Shown piece by piece: positions 26,766 through 40,724 of a DNA stretch of 64,000 bases; within the stretch, counting starts at the first letter, position 1, and every line of letters starts with the position of its first letter. The notes beneath the pieces were generated by a model, which made no database searches, had not been told where the DNA came from, and saw only the letters and a list, made by a program, of their open reading frames with translations. The position numbers and the translations under genes are program-made. The stretch is from Callorhinchus milii. Taxonomy: Eukaryota. The stretch is from assembly GCF_018977255.1 (NCBI RefSeq), contig NW_024704742.1:21454001-21518000 (forward strand), given 5' to 3'.

Positions 26766-29234
26766 GTCCGAACATCAACGGACCTGGAATCAAACGATGC
26801 ACATGCCAATGGTTCTGATAGAAGTGTCCTTAGCTTTATCTGCATTTAAATTAAGAACATCTTTGCTGCAACGAGAAGGCACAAGAAGGGAAAGGAGTCT
26901 GTAAGTTGTTAAGAATGTATTATTGTATGGGTTTTGTTTCACCTATTGAACAGACCCATCGGAACATCAGTGAGAAAGACACTGACAAGCAACTGCTTCA
27001 TTTGATTTGCGAAACTCAATAAAATGTGATTACCTACTGTCTTCCTGATTATAAGTTCTCGAGAGTTTTGAAAATCCAGTAAGATGTACAGATTTTCTTA
27101 AAAATCATATGAATCCAGATAGGATTTTGCACCCTTCATTGTTGTCCTATGGTCTGTTAGCTATTCAGGGTCTCACTTTGAGTAGGAAATGTGAGTGGTT
27201 GCTGAAGGATGTTTTGGTCAAGGTGCATTGTATATGTAGGAATAATACTGTACTCTGCAGTGACTTATTCATCCAGGTCCCGCTTGTTTGGGCTAGATTT
27301 TTTTCCACAGTTATCATTTTCTAATCTCTCCACGCTGTGTTCACAAGAATTCTTGGTAGTTTGTGCCAATGGGCCATATCAGTCACTAATCTGAACTGGC
27401 CTGCTTTAGCAGGTCACAGAGTTAATTACAGTAAAATGTGATACATAAGCTCCTATCTGAAGCCCATTCTTAAGCAACATGCAGTGCACAGTGTAGGAGC
27501 TAGAGAACTGGTATGGAAGGTATAAAAACGGTACAATAGTGTTTTATGTTATGGTAATTATTTTGGAAGGTAAGACTAGGTGAGAAGAGACCTTAAACTC
27601 ACTGTAAAATGCAATTTGAAACTTTTTGATTTGATAAACACTATCTCAAATGCAAATATTAGTATTATCATAATCATAAATGATTTGAACAGCTGAGTAG
27701 GGAAAAAAAATCTACCTGGCATCTTTAACATCTATGCTTGCTACTTTACTTCTGGCTACATAAATGTTTTATGGATGTAGACAAAGCAGGGAGAAAAAGG
27801 AGAGCTGAAGAATAAAGACTATTTCAAAGGGATTTACCCAAACCAATCTTACTTTAACAAAAGAGAATGTTTGTTAAAAACTGGTGTCACTGTAATAATC
27901 AGCTTTGCAGATTTACATGTGATTTTAAAAAAATTAAAATGCAAGGTTTGCACTGTGTGTTAAATTCAGGATTAAACAATTTTGTTTATTTTCTATTAAA
28001 TTTTTTTGAGTTTTTAAAGTGCTTCACCGAAGATAGAAGATTAAGGAGCTGATGTCACTGTAATAATCAGACTTGCAGACCATGTGTTACATTTACATGT
28101 GGTTCAGCCAGTGACACAAAGACATCACTGCAACTGAATTGTGAGATACACTAAAGGATTTGTAACTAGTGAATCCACACTGTGGCACGGCTGAACCCTC
28201 TGGAATTCAGCTTTGACACTTCACAGAACTGTGATCAGTCTCCAGGCTCGGGTGTGAAATACTCAAGATTTGTTATTTACAATTCCTTTTGCAACCTCAA
28301 AACGTAGACTCGCTTGTGTCGCCAATCTCCACACATTGGGTAACATTTAAAGTACTCAATAACACATCCCAGGCCTGATATTTCAGATAGCCTTGATCTA
28401 TAAGACCATTCTGCCTTCAAATGTAAGATCGTGCAAAATTCTTAAATTCACTCTTAATTTAGAAGCTGGTGTGTTGAAGAACTGCAGAAGACCAGCATCC
28501 CAAATCAGACAGAATATAGGAATTTTACACAATTTTTCAATCATAACATATTGACTGTGTATTCCAAGGCAAAAGCAGCAGCCAATTCGTGCACAGCAAT
28601 GTCCCACAAACAGCCATTGAAGTAAATAACCAATTTTATTTGCATGTTGGTCAGGACACCAGGAAAAACTCCCTTCTCTTTTCGAATAGTGCCATAGGAT
28701 ATTTACCATCCACCTGAATAGACAGAATGTTTAGAGTACAATCTGGATCCCTTGGACATTTTAACATTCAAATGCATGTTCGACACCAAAGTAATTATTG
28801 CTACAGTATGGGACAGTTTTTTTGTGCCACAGGTGAACGAACCACTGTAAGATGCTTGATTAATCTTGATCAATTTTGTCCTGACATCTCCTGAAATCCT
28901 TCTTTCTCAGAAGTTCTTAGACTCCTTTCATCACCAGTTGCTTTTAAGTGCATTCTTCACATGGGCTCAGAAAGCTATAGTCCTCCCCTAATATTTCTGT
29001 GAAACTTCCTGCCAGTGTTACAAAGGATACCTCGGAGGACAAAAGCTGACTTACTGTTTTCTGAAGGGTTAAAATTCCTCAGTTTATTTCCTCCCCATCA
29101 GGAAGAAGTCAGTTCAATTATACTGCTTGCTGCTCAGACACTGTGCTGTTGCCTGCTCAGTGCTGCAGTGTAATGGGGCACAGAGGAGCAAGACCTAGCC
29201 ACACATCCACAATGTTTCAACTCATCTGAGCTTT

Positions 29235-29662
29235 AGAAACATAACGCACAATGAGGCCATTTACAGCCATCCAGCCCATCAAGCCTGCACTAGCTCACAG
29301 AGCAAGGATATCACTTCATTCCCACTGCCCCATCTTTATCCCCATACCACTTCAAGTCCCTTTCCATCAAATGCCTGCCCACCTCCCTCTTGAAAGCTAT
29401 AATGGACTCTGCCTCCACCAGCTTACTTGGTAGGGCAGTCCACATCCCAACCACTCTCTTGGTGAAAAAATTCCTCCTTAGTTCTCCTTTCATTCTTCTT
29501 GTGCCTATCTTATACCGAGGTCCCCGAGTTACTGGCTCCCCTATCAGTGGACTTAACTTCTCTCTTTCTACCCTGACAAACTCCCTCATGATTTTGTACA
29601 CATCATCAGCCTCTGCTCCTATGAAAACAGGCCCAGATCCTCCAATCTCTCCTCATAACTAT
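29235..29662 (-). mobile_element. CR1-clade LINE 3' fragment
   Basis: ORF 29311..29601 contains TRGPRYKI..RRNFFTKRVVGMWTALP..VEAESIIAFKRE. Confidence 0.9.
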
Positions 29663-30544
29663 AGATCCCATAGAAACCATAAGTATTATGGTTTTCTTAA
29701 TTAAGAAATCCCATTAAGAAATACTGTAGAAACTGACTCACCAACTACTCCAGACCAATCCCACATTGACATGAGCAATGCTGTCTGAGGTTTAATTTGC
29801 AAATTGAGTTAACTGTCTACATGAACTGGTTGGGTTAACCACTTGTAACACCCATGTGCAGAGGGTATTATAAGTGCCCTTAATTGCACAATTAGCAAAT
29901 TGAAATTGAACTGCAAGTTTAATTCAAAAAATAAACTTTTTTGACTTGAGCGAAAGCTATTAATACATTTGCAACTACAAGTGGAGTAAAGAAGGAAGCA
30001 ATATAATGTATACTGTTCTCACGGGTAGCTAACACATCATAACTCCTACAAGGTTTCCTTTATTCACCTTCAGATGTTAAATCCAACAATAAATGAACTG
30101 AAATCTAAGGTTACCATTAGTTCAATAACTCTGTGGTGGTTTTTCTCATCCCCCTCAAATGCTTGACCTTGGAATCAACACTTATTCCTAGTGCTTAAGT
30201 GCACCTGGTCTACTCTTTGCCTATGTTCAGCTATCCAAACACTAGCTGGACGGGAAAGAGATGACTTCTAGAATTGCTTGAGCAGTCGCAATAGGGGGGG
30301 GGGGGCAGGTCACACAGAGCACTGAACTTGATATATACATCCATATACGCATCCGTGTTAACTTTAGTTAATGCTTTCCCCTCCCTGGGAGCCATTATGT
30401 TCTCCTCCACTTTGCAGCTTCAGAGACAATTTTTGTAGCATCCAATTCTAGAGAGTGATACTCTCTGCTTCTTGCTGACAACATGAACATGCATGACACT
30501 GGACCTTTTATGCAAACCCAACTTTTCAAACACGTGCTAGTTTG

Positions 30545-32093
30545 TAGGGATAGTGAAGGAAAGTTATTAACAAAGCTTAAGGAACTTAGGGAGGAACTCG
30601 CAGAAGCGCTGGCACAAATGTTTCAAAAATCATTGAATACTGGAGAGGTGTCAGGGGACTGGAGAAAGGCAGATGTTACTCCTATTTTTAAAAAAGGTAA
30701 CACAAGTGACCCAGGAAACTACAGACCAGCAAGTTTGATGTCCATTGTGGGTAAAATTATGGAGACTCTTGCTAAGGAAAAAATCATGGAGCATCTGGAT
30801 AGAAATAAAATCATAAATGATAGCCAATATGGATTCACGAACGAGAGGTCTTGCCAATCTAATTTACAATAACAACAACAACTTGCACTTATATAGCACC
30901 CTCCACACAGGGTAGTGTCTCAGAGTGCTTAACAGTGGAGGAGGAGCTTGATAAGAGTAAGGCTGTGGATGTTGCATATCTGGATTTGAGTAACGCCTTT
31001 GATACAGTTCCTCTTGAGAGGCTGGTATTGAAAGTAAAGAAAGTGGGAATCAGTAGAGGTATATTACAATGGATACTGGTTGACTGGAAGAGCTCAGAGG
31101 GTGGTGGTACCAGGCAATGTCATCAGACTGGGAAAATGTTACCAGTGGAGTTCCACAAGGGTCTGTGTTGGCACCTCTTTTGTATAATATTTTTATAAAT
31201 GATCTGGAACTAGGAGTCGTAAGCACAGTGGCTAAGTTTGCAGATGACACCAAGCTAATGAAGATGGTAGATTGCAAAGCTGAATAAGATAGGTTACAGG
31301 AGGATTTGAACATACTTGGGAATTGGGCAGATCAGTGTCAGATGAAATTCCATGTGGAGAAATTTAAAGTACTTCACATGGGGACAAAATATCCTGGGAC
31401 TATTATTTGAATGGAAGGAAAATAATATGTTTGGAAAATGAAAATGACCTGGGGGTTGATAATAATTTGAAGATTTCCTAACAGTGCTCTGTGGCAGTGA
31501 GTAAAACAAACCAGATGTTGGGATATATCAAAAGATCAGTAGCAAGCCAAAATAGTGGGGTAATCCTGCCATTGTATAAATCATTGGTGAGACCATACTC
31601 ACCACAGTACCAAAAGCATATTGGGGATATCAAGAAGATACAGAGGAGGGCAACCAAAATGATTGAGGGAGTGGAAGAACTGGGCATGTTCATGCTTGAA
31701 AAGAGAAGATTGAGATGCGACATGTTTGCAGTCTTTAGGATTCTAAAGGGGAAAGACGATATAGATCGTGACAGGCTGTTTCAAATTGTCCAGAATAGTA
31801 AAACCAGAGGACATGGCCTGCGACTGAAGGGGAGTAAATTCAGAACAAATCTATACAAACACTATTTCAGTGAGCGAATAGTGAACCTGTGGAACAGGCT
31901 CCCTAGGCAGACAGTTGAAGCAGAAAGTGTTGATTCTTTCAAACACAAATTAGATAGTTTTCTTTTATGAAATAACATTATGGGGTTTAGTATATAGATA
32001 GTTCGGGACATATGTGCATGCGACCGCCAGGAAGGTGGAAGGTGAACTAGATGGACCCTAGTTTTTTTTTGTCTAGCATTTCTTATGTTCTTA
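30545..32093 (+). mobile_element. CR1-clade LINE, RT through 3' end, decayed
   Basis: GDWRKADVTPIFKKG..DPGNYRP, AVDVAYLD..AFDTVP, SGVPQGSVL, KFADDTKL, LYKSLVRP, TRGHGLRLKG and YFSERIVNLWNRLP, with stops and frameshifts. ttcttatgttcttat tail. Confidence 0.95.
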
Positions 32094-32757
32094 TAAAAGC
32101 AATCATATTCCTTTAAATGGTTTCACCGGTCAGACCAGACAGTAAGGTACAGATTCCAATTATCCTGTCTTGATGTAGTTTTTTTATTAAAATGAATTTC
32201 TCTTGTTAAAACTGTACAATTTGCACAGTCATTATGTAATAGTGATGAATGCTATGCTTATCTGTGCCTCAGAATTAGATTGCATCAGAGTGGACTTTAG
32301 ATTACTGGAAGGAGACTCCATTTGCACAGGCAAACCATTAGAAATAACATCTTTTAGGCTTCAAATTAACAATTTCACTACTTACACACCTCACCTAAAT
32401 CATATTTTCCTTTTACTTAATATGGACAGAATTGGTCGCCTATCAATTTCAATGGAAGTTTAGAAATGTTTTCTACATATCCGCAATGCTAGGAATATTT
32501 TTTAAATGTTCCTGTGGAGCAATCTCGTGCTGAATTTGTACAGAAAATAAACCTTCTGAAGCGGTCTCTGCAATTCAGAAAATCTATTAAAACTTAGAAA
32601 CTCCCATAACTTGTCAAGTTGTAGGAAAAAGACTTACGAGTCTAATTTCTTATATTCTGCACGAGCTACAGATATGTAGAAAATAAGCCATGTAGAAAAT
32701 AAGAAATACATTACGTGAATGATACCAGCAAACTAGCTGTCAGACGATCAGTGCATT

Positions 32758-33072
32758 GGAGTCACGTAGCTCAGTGGTTAGAGCACTCGCCTTGCAAGCG
32801 AGAGACCTGAGTTCAATTCCAGACAGGGCGAAACCTTGGGCAAGTTTCCTTACTCCACACAGAGCCTAATAATAATCCCTCTGAAACAAAACAATAATAA
32901 ATTGGCCATTTTCAATCCACGACTGTTTGTGGGACATTGCTGTGCGCAATTGGCTGCCGCGTTTTGCCCACAAATATACAGTCAATTCACTTTATGGCAT
33001 ATTCTGTGAAGCGCTTTGAGACATCTAGAAGACGTGAAAAGTGCTATATCAAATGCAAGGATTATTATTATT
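32758..33072 (+). mobile_element. tRNA-derived SINE, short subtype
   Basis: Close match to 10664-10983. Confidence 0.95.
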
Positions 33073-36000
33073 AGATATCTGACCGCTGTTTACATTCAGG
33101 TGCCTGCCACTTGCTGGTATTTGTTTTGGGTGGGGGTTCTCATCAATGCAGGTAAATGTGAGATATTTGATGACATGTTCTTTGTGATAATCATTACAGG
33201 TAATGCAATATGAAACAGATGTGAAATTGACTGGATTTCACTCCGTTTCATATTGCAAATTTCATATTTCATAGTGAGGTGTTAACTATGGCAAGTTCCT
33301 TGTCATAATTAACACAGCAAATTTCACTTCAATATTTCTTGGTGTATTAATATGCAATAGTATTATTCTGTGTGGGGACTTGAGGAACAAAATTCTGCAC
33401 TTGACCGCTGTCTGCAATCAATACAACACTATTATAATTTACACAGCAGTCTCCTGTTTCAATGGCAACAGTGCAGGAATCTGAAAATGGTAGTAATATA
33501 GTCACTTGCGATTTTGCCACATTTCTACACAAATTCTGCAGTGTGAAAATGTGAAAATAATATGTTTAACTGAGCAAAACTGTCAGTCCTTCATTATGTG
33601 CAGGTCCTTGATGTCATTTAATTATGATTAGCACTCCCACCCATACACCACAGATGCTAACACAGACACTTATTTGTTACCAATTTAACAGATTAGGTTT
33701 TCCTAAGGCGATTCCATTCCTGGCCCTTGGAGAAATGCATAGCGCAAATCGTACAGAATCTAATATAACTCAACGCAAAAGTTGCGAGAGTTCAGATTTG
33801 GTTGCATTCATTATATTGGCCCTGGGAGTATTTTTGACCAATTACATCAACGAGTAAAACCATCTACCAGAAATTGATTTATTTAGAAAACGTTTAGAAG
33901 TCATTCTCTCTTCAATTCTACATATCTTCTGGAGTTGCCTCAGTGTTAAAGTTGTGTTCTTAATAAAATGTGTTTATATATATAAAAAAGATATTCTGCT
34001 ATTAATAGTGAAGGTGATACATGCAGGACAAGACATTTAACATCTAGCATGCATTCAAGTGAAGATATCCTGCCATTAGTACAAGTGTACATGCAATATG
34101 ATATATTTCGCTATTGGTATAGGCAGAATATCGACATTTTGTGAATGGCATTGAAAAGGTTAAAAAAACACAATTCCACAAAGATGAGGATCAGTGAGTT
34201 GTGATAAGGACAGCATAAAAGGCACCACGTGGTGAAAATATGGGAATGTAAAATGTTTTTCCTATGGTGATTCCGACCGAGATCTTGTTTGGACCTGAGC
34301 TCAGGACTTGAAGCGATGCAGTTCCATTTGAAATGTTTGATACCTATATAAATCCTTCGCATGATATAGCACTTACTATGTCGAGAATACCTCGATGTGT
34401 TTCACAAATTTTCTGAAAAGTAGTGTGTATGTTTATGTAAACGCAGCAGCCAATTTGAACACAGTAATGTGAAACAGCCATGAAGTAAATGGCCAATTTT
34501 GTCTGGAAGATTGTTGGCCAGGACACCATGAGAAACTCTGGTATCTTTTCCAATAATAGTATGGGTTATTTAACATCCATCAGAGCATGCACTGGAGTAT
34601 CAACCTGGACTATATGAGCTGACATTGATTTTGAACGCATAACCTTCTGACCTAGTGGTAAGAGTGCTACCAACTGAGCTAAGCTGCACACTGGGTTCCT
34701 GCAGAAGATGAACTTTAAGACCTGAGAGCGTTTACTGCCGTAAGATACCATTTATATTGCCACTTTCCCAACAACTGCCATTCAACCTCAGTGTCTCCCT
34801 CTAAGACTGCTAAACAACTCCTCTTTGAAGATAGGCTTTCAAGCTGGTGAAATACAAGGAGCCAGAGAAATAACCAGAGGGTGAATTTAAAATCCAATTT
34901 ACTTTAATATAGCACCTTTCACATTGGGAGGTAGTCTCAAAACTAAGAATAAAGTCTCACAAATATCCCCAATACCAGTGTTCGGAGGAAAAAATATTCA
35001 CAGAAATTTACACAATTTCTTAGCATTTTTGGGGCATCCAGAATTTGGCAGCTTGTTAAGTACAGTCTTAAGTTTGAAGCTGGTGAGTTATATTGAGAAC
35101 AACAGAAAAACAGTTTCATAATTAAAACTGAATTGAACAATTAATCAAATTGTGCACTCTGAAACATTACATAAATAGAATAAATCTAGACGAGGGATTT
35201 TCTCCACCTAGGATGGTCTGATATTTACATTAAGCTCACCCATAAAACACATAGTCACTGACTCTATAGTCTATCCTTTGAAGTACTTTGGGATGTCTTC
35301 CCAATGTGAAATTAAGTAGTAATACTTTCATTATTACCACTTGAGCCAGAGCTACATTTGCTACAGTGGAATCAGTCACTTTCCTGTAATCCTCATATTG
35401 AGAGCTGTTATGAAAGATCACAGTTTTCACCTTTATGCTAGGGAACAGAATACAGTGATTTTCATTTCACAAAGGAGACTGAAGGTAACCAATGCACTGA
35501 AGCAGTTCATTCTCTGTACCATTGACTGCAGTGACACTTCAACAACAACTTGCTTTTACACAGCACCCTTCACTTGGATGCTCTTATATCAGCTCTAAGA
35601 TGGCATTGAAAGACTAAATACAAACCAATACAAAATGCAATACAGTTTACATTTATGCATCGGCATTTACTTTGGGAGGACATTCCAAAGCACTACACAT
35701 GGAATCAAGCTGGCTGAGGAATCAAGCTGGGTGAGAGGAGCTGAGGAGGGTGAGGGAAAGATAACCAAAATTACGGTCAATGAGGTAGGGTCTTCAAGCG
35801 AGTTGTAAAAAGGGGAGAGAGGGGGCCAGGTGGAACAATTCTGGACTTCCAGAGACTGGGGGCAGAATGGCTAAAATAAGGTGTTGTGGTCATTTTCGGT
35901 TGTATTTTTCCAAGAATTTGCATGCAATTGTTATTTATCAAAAGATTACCAAAACAAAACATCACGGAAAATAGATAAAGGATTGATCAAGTGATAAAAT

Positions 36001-37148
36001 GTGTTGACTTTAGTAAGACATGTTATAGACAGAACCCAGGAGGTCAGCTTTTTGAAGGTTTGTTGAATTACAACTAGAAATTTAATTAAATCGTAAGCAG
36101 CCGACCGTATCATCCCAGCAGAAAGGACCTTGTATTCCCCACACTTTGAAATTATTATTATTACAAAGCTTGAGCTAAATAGCTGAAATTCCCATTACCT
36201 ATCCAAAGTGTGGTCTATGTTTAAAAGAAAAAAAGATAAATATGCTCAAAACAATGTAGAGGGAGCGATATTGGTGGAGCTGGTGGTGACTGGTTTGGCA
36301 CTAATGCGGAGTAAATGTGCCTTGTGCTTTGCCACACTTCTCATCAATCCTCAAGCCTCCTCCGACAAAAGCTCCCAAAAACTGGAAAGAGTCGCGAAGA
36401 AATCCCCCAAATAAATAACATGCACAAGCTCTTCACAAGTTCCCAATACACAGTAAACGCTGTTGAATTTCACAGCAAACATATCCCTTTTCTTCCAGCT
36501 CCATCCCCTCCCCCCACAACCATGAAGAGTACCAGCTACAGCGCATCTGAAAACTGAACTCGCAAAACTTCAATTACGCCTGCTGACAGCATATGTTTTG
36601 GGGATACAATTAGTATACTTCAACAGCTGCATAGAGTAGCACTGTCTTTCATCAGTGCAAAAAGCAAGCTTCTCTTATTACCCTTTGCATAGTAAGGCTA
36701 CTTTATAAGGGCACTGACATACATAGTGTCATAGAGTGAAGTGGTGTTAGCTTCACAACCCACTGTTGCAATAATTTACGAAGGCTTCAGACACTTTTAA
36801 ATTATCCTAGATTAATTCAAATCGCTGTTGTGTATCCTTTTCTAAGCTTCTAAACCTCACAGGCTCTGTACATTTAACTTAGCACGGTTAAAAAAAAACT
36901 GTCGGGGATTATTCTAAAAATCTAAAACAAAATCATAGTTAAAATGAGAAAAAGCTCATTTTGCTCAGAGAGCTGATAGCATCAGAACTGCAAGAATCAA
37001 GGTCACAGATGCCCTTGAATATATTACTTTCTATTCATTATACAAATCTCTTTCTGTTTGTTCTATATACTGTAAGTAGCAATGGAATTAAAATTGCAGA
37101 GAGAGATACCTGCTTTATAAATTGGCTTTCAAGAGTCAAGTAATTGCT

Positions 37149-37863
37149 GGGGAGAAATTCTGCTTGGATCTATATTTACTCTATTTTCATAGCATTTTGG
37201 AGCATTCAGAATTTGGCAAATTGTTAAGCACAGCCTTAGTTCTGAGATGACCCCTTTCCCCACTCTCCAGTTCCCCCCATCCTCACCCCTTCCCTGCCAT
37301 GGGATCCCAATCAGTTGTGTGAAGATGTCCTCCTCACATGAAAAGCGCTACGTAAAGCTAAAGTATTGTTGTTGAAGCCGGTTTTCTGTAAATTAATAAC
37401 TACAGAAAAATAATAATTATAATAATAATAATCCTTGCATTTCATATAGCTCCTTATCACGTCTTCAAAGACGACTCAAAGTGCTTCACAGAATATACTG
37501 TAAAGTGAATTGACTGGAAATTTTTGTGGCGAAATACGGCAGCCGATTGCGCACAACAGTGACCCACAAACAGTCATGGATTGAGTGACCAAATTATTAT
37601 TATTATTGAAGGAATTATTACCACCGGAAAAGCAATCCACCTAACATCCAGGGTCCTACTTATTGCTAGGTAAACAGAGGCGTGTGGAGTAAAGAAACTT
37701 GCCCAACGTTTCGCCCTGCCAGGAATCAAACCCAGACGTCTTGCTTGCGAGGCGAGTGCTCTAACCACTGAGCTACATGACTCCACAAGTTAAGACTGAA
37801 TTCAACAATTTGCCAAATTCTGGACGCTTCTACAATGCTACATAAACAGAGTAAATGCAGACC
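37149..37863. mobile_element. Palindromic MITE-like element interrupted by an L2 tail and a SINE
   Basis: Arms 37166-37245 and 37786-37863 are inverted repeats, with a perfect 19-bp core (37207-37225 / 37804-37822). Related copies at about 34985-35205 and 61087-61390. Confidence 0.7.
37411..37784 (-). mobile_element. tRNA-derived SINE, long subtype
   Basis: Family head and tail plus the extra gcctctgtttacctagcaataagtaggacc segment. Confidence 0.9.
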
Positions 37864-38363
37864 TATTATCAGGCCACTACCTTGTTGAAAAAGGATTTGA
37901 AAAGAAGGTGCGCTATTTGGAGAGGGATGAAAGCCAGGAGGGTGTGCTTGATATTTGTTGTGCAGGTGACATGACGGCACGTTTTAAGCCCCAAAAATTC
38001 CTGAACACTCGTCATAAAGTGAGGAGGGATACGTCTTTAAGGAAGAATCTAATAAACTCAACAAACTCTCAATAGAAGCATGTCCCATTTCTCCTTTTCC
38101 CGTTTCATTTACCAGAATAACAACCCCATCATCCAGCCATTATGCATCAAACTGTTAATTAAATGAGTTCAGTGTCCTGGCCTGAACCACCCTTCATGGT
38201 TCCAGTTGTTGATTCCATTCTATGCAAAGAAATACTTCCTGGTGTCTACCTTAAATTACCCTACATAACTTTAAACATGTGCCCTCTTGTTCTACTGCAT
38301 TTTGCATATTTGAAAGTACTGTTCTGGGTTTACTTTCTCTAATCTTTTAAATTTGCTGACAGA

Positions 38364-38700
38364 AGTGTCAGCTTGACTTAGTTTCAATCACTATGTTGTA
38401 ATCACCCTAATGCAGTGCTGGGGAGTGCTGCACTGTTGGAGGTGCCATCCTTTGGATGGGATGTTTAATGTCCAATACTATTGAGGTGGACATTAAAGAT
38501 CTCATGGCACTATTCAAAAAGAGAAGAAAAATGTTCCCAGTTTTTTGTGGCCAACAATTTACTGAGATAAAATTGATGGCTGTTTATCAAATCAGCTGCC
38601 AGGTTTGCCAATAAAATACCATCACTTCACACAGTAAATCCTGTGAAGCATTTTGAGATATCCTCCTGATGTGATAAGGCATTATATCAGATGGAAGGGT
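38364..38700 (+). mobile_element. Deu-domain SINE
   Basis: gggagtgctgcactgttggaggtgccatcctttggatg..taaagatctcatggcactattc. Confidence 0.8.
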
Positions 38701-40724
38701 TTTTTATACAACTATTATTACACAGCGATCCGAGGTGCTATCCTGTGTAAAAGGCTCTATATAACGTAAGTTGGTGGCCTGCTTCCTCCCACTCCACCTG
38801 CTCTGGCCCACCATCAACAGGCAAGCTTTCATTCATTGTAAAACCTTGAGATGTTCTTTCTATGTGAGAAGGGTTATATTGTTTTTAAATTCCATTTCCC
38901 CATTTTTTTAAATTTAAATTCTTGAATACCCTTATTTCCCAAATATTTATCTACCCTCAATTGATTTTGTGTTTATTGCATTTTAATTGGATTATATCCT
39001 TTTGCTTCAGATTCCCCAAACAGAGGGAACATTAGTTCCTTATCTCAAAGACCTATTTCTGACTGTGCCTTTGGCCACCAACCCCGCTGCCTCCAGCCCC
39101 CTCCCCCTTCCCTTCCAGTTCAGATTCCCACTCAGTCTTTGTAAAACCTATGTGAAAGGTGCTATATAAATGCAAATTACCTAGTAATGTTGACTGGAAT
39201 TTCAGCCCTCAGAATTGGAAAATCTAGGCCAATTTTCCTCTCTCATACATAAAGGCAACTGTGAACCTTCTTAATCTCCCGATCCAGGGAATAGTTCTTG
39301 TCTGCAGAGGGCTAATCTTATTTGGCGCCCATATTTTATTAGTTGCAGTATTTCTTAAGAAGATTCCTTAAGAGGAAGGAATCTGAGTCACCAAGATGTG
39401 GGCTCCCTCCATTAACCAAAAGTATATCACACTCACCTGGGGGCTTCACTGCAAAGCAATCCGAGCAAGTTCTGCAAGTAGGCAAAAATAGGAAGCTGAA
39501 AGTTATAAATATTTTCCAAAAGCAACAGTAAAGGACACAGTGAAATAGTACACAGTGAAAGGAGGCATCATACCTCGCCTTCAAGCACCTTCTCCAAAAT
39601 GCTAGCACAAACCTTGCATTCGCTGGCACTCTGCACATAACCCCCTTCACACTGGTGAACATGTCACCTGAGGGAAGAGGGGAATAGATAACTCTCAGCC
39701 AGCCTGGCATCACTGACATCGCATAGAGAGCTGTCATTGACAAATCAATCTTCTATCATTGAGTCTCATTCATTTTTCCATCAATAAAACCCATATGAAA
39801 AAGAAATCCTTGTTCAGAAGAAGCTCCTCGATGTCTGTCTACCTGTCTAGATACACACACACTCACGCACAGTCTTCAAATTACCCTTTTCTTCTTCAAA
39901 GTAAATGCGTTTTATCTGATAGCTCCAAGTTAGTCATTCCCTTCCTCCCCCCACCCATTAATCTGTCGTCACAGAACATCAGTCTGAATTTAGGATTATG
40001 TATCCACTTTGAAAATTCATACCCAAGTTACACTGAGAAATCTATGCACTTCTAGCCGGCTGATTGAGTGCAACAGGACTATGAGTGCTTGACAATGATC
40101 CCATTCATGGTTACTAGAAATGCTAAGGTACCAGCATTAGGGTTGTCATAGATTTTCCAGGCACTATTCCTCTGTGTTAAAGAATTCCAATCCTACCCAC
40201 AAACAAATCCCCAATTTAGTGAATGTGAACCTGAGGCTATAATTTAATAGCCGAGCTACACTTGGCTGTTACCTAGTTTAGGCTTCGAAGATGCTTATTT
40301 TACAGGCAACCTCATTCTCTTTTTTTCTCAAAAAGGTATATTTGATTTTAATAAAAATCAAAGCGGATAGGTTCACAAGCAATGACTATTCCAACAGAAT
40401 CTCTGCATTTCTCCACTGCACTGATCAGATACAAGTGTCTGTTCATCAACTGTTCAGCTGGACACACATTGCACACCACCCAGCACTTCATCTCTGTTTA
40501 TGGTGTGTGTCCACTCATATAATCGGAGTTAGTACGGGAGAATAACCCTCGCAGGTCTCCAATACGGCAACATCAAAGCACAGATCACATCAAATAACAG
40601 AAGAGAACAGGGGCTAATTATGTGTCATATGTAAATGAAAATATTAACCAATAATGAAAAATACTAAATTAATAAATGCCAAAGACTAAGAAAGGGACCT
40701 TGGATGTCAGGGGAGGGAAGATAT

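Noticed and set aside
31491..31970. 159-aa ORF
   Set aside because: Part of a decayed CR1 ORF2.
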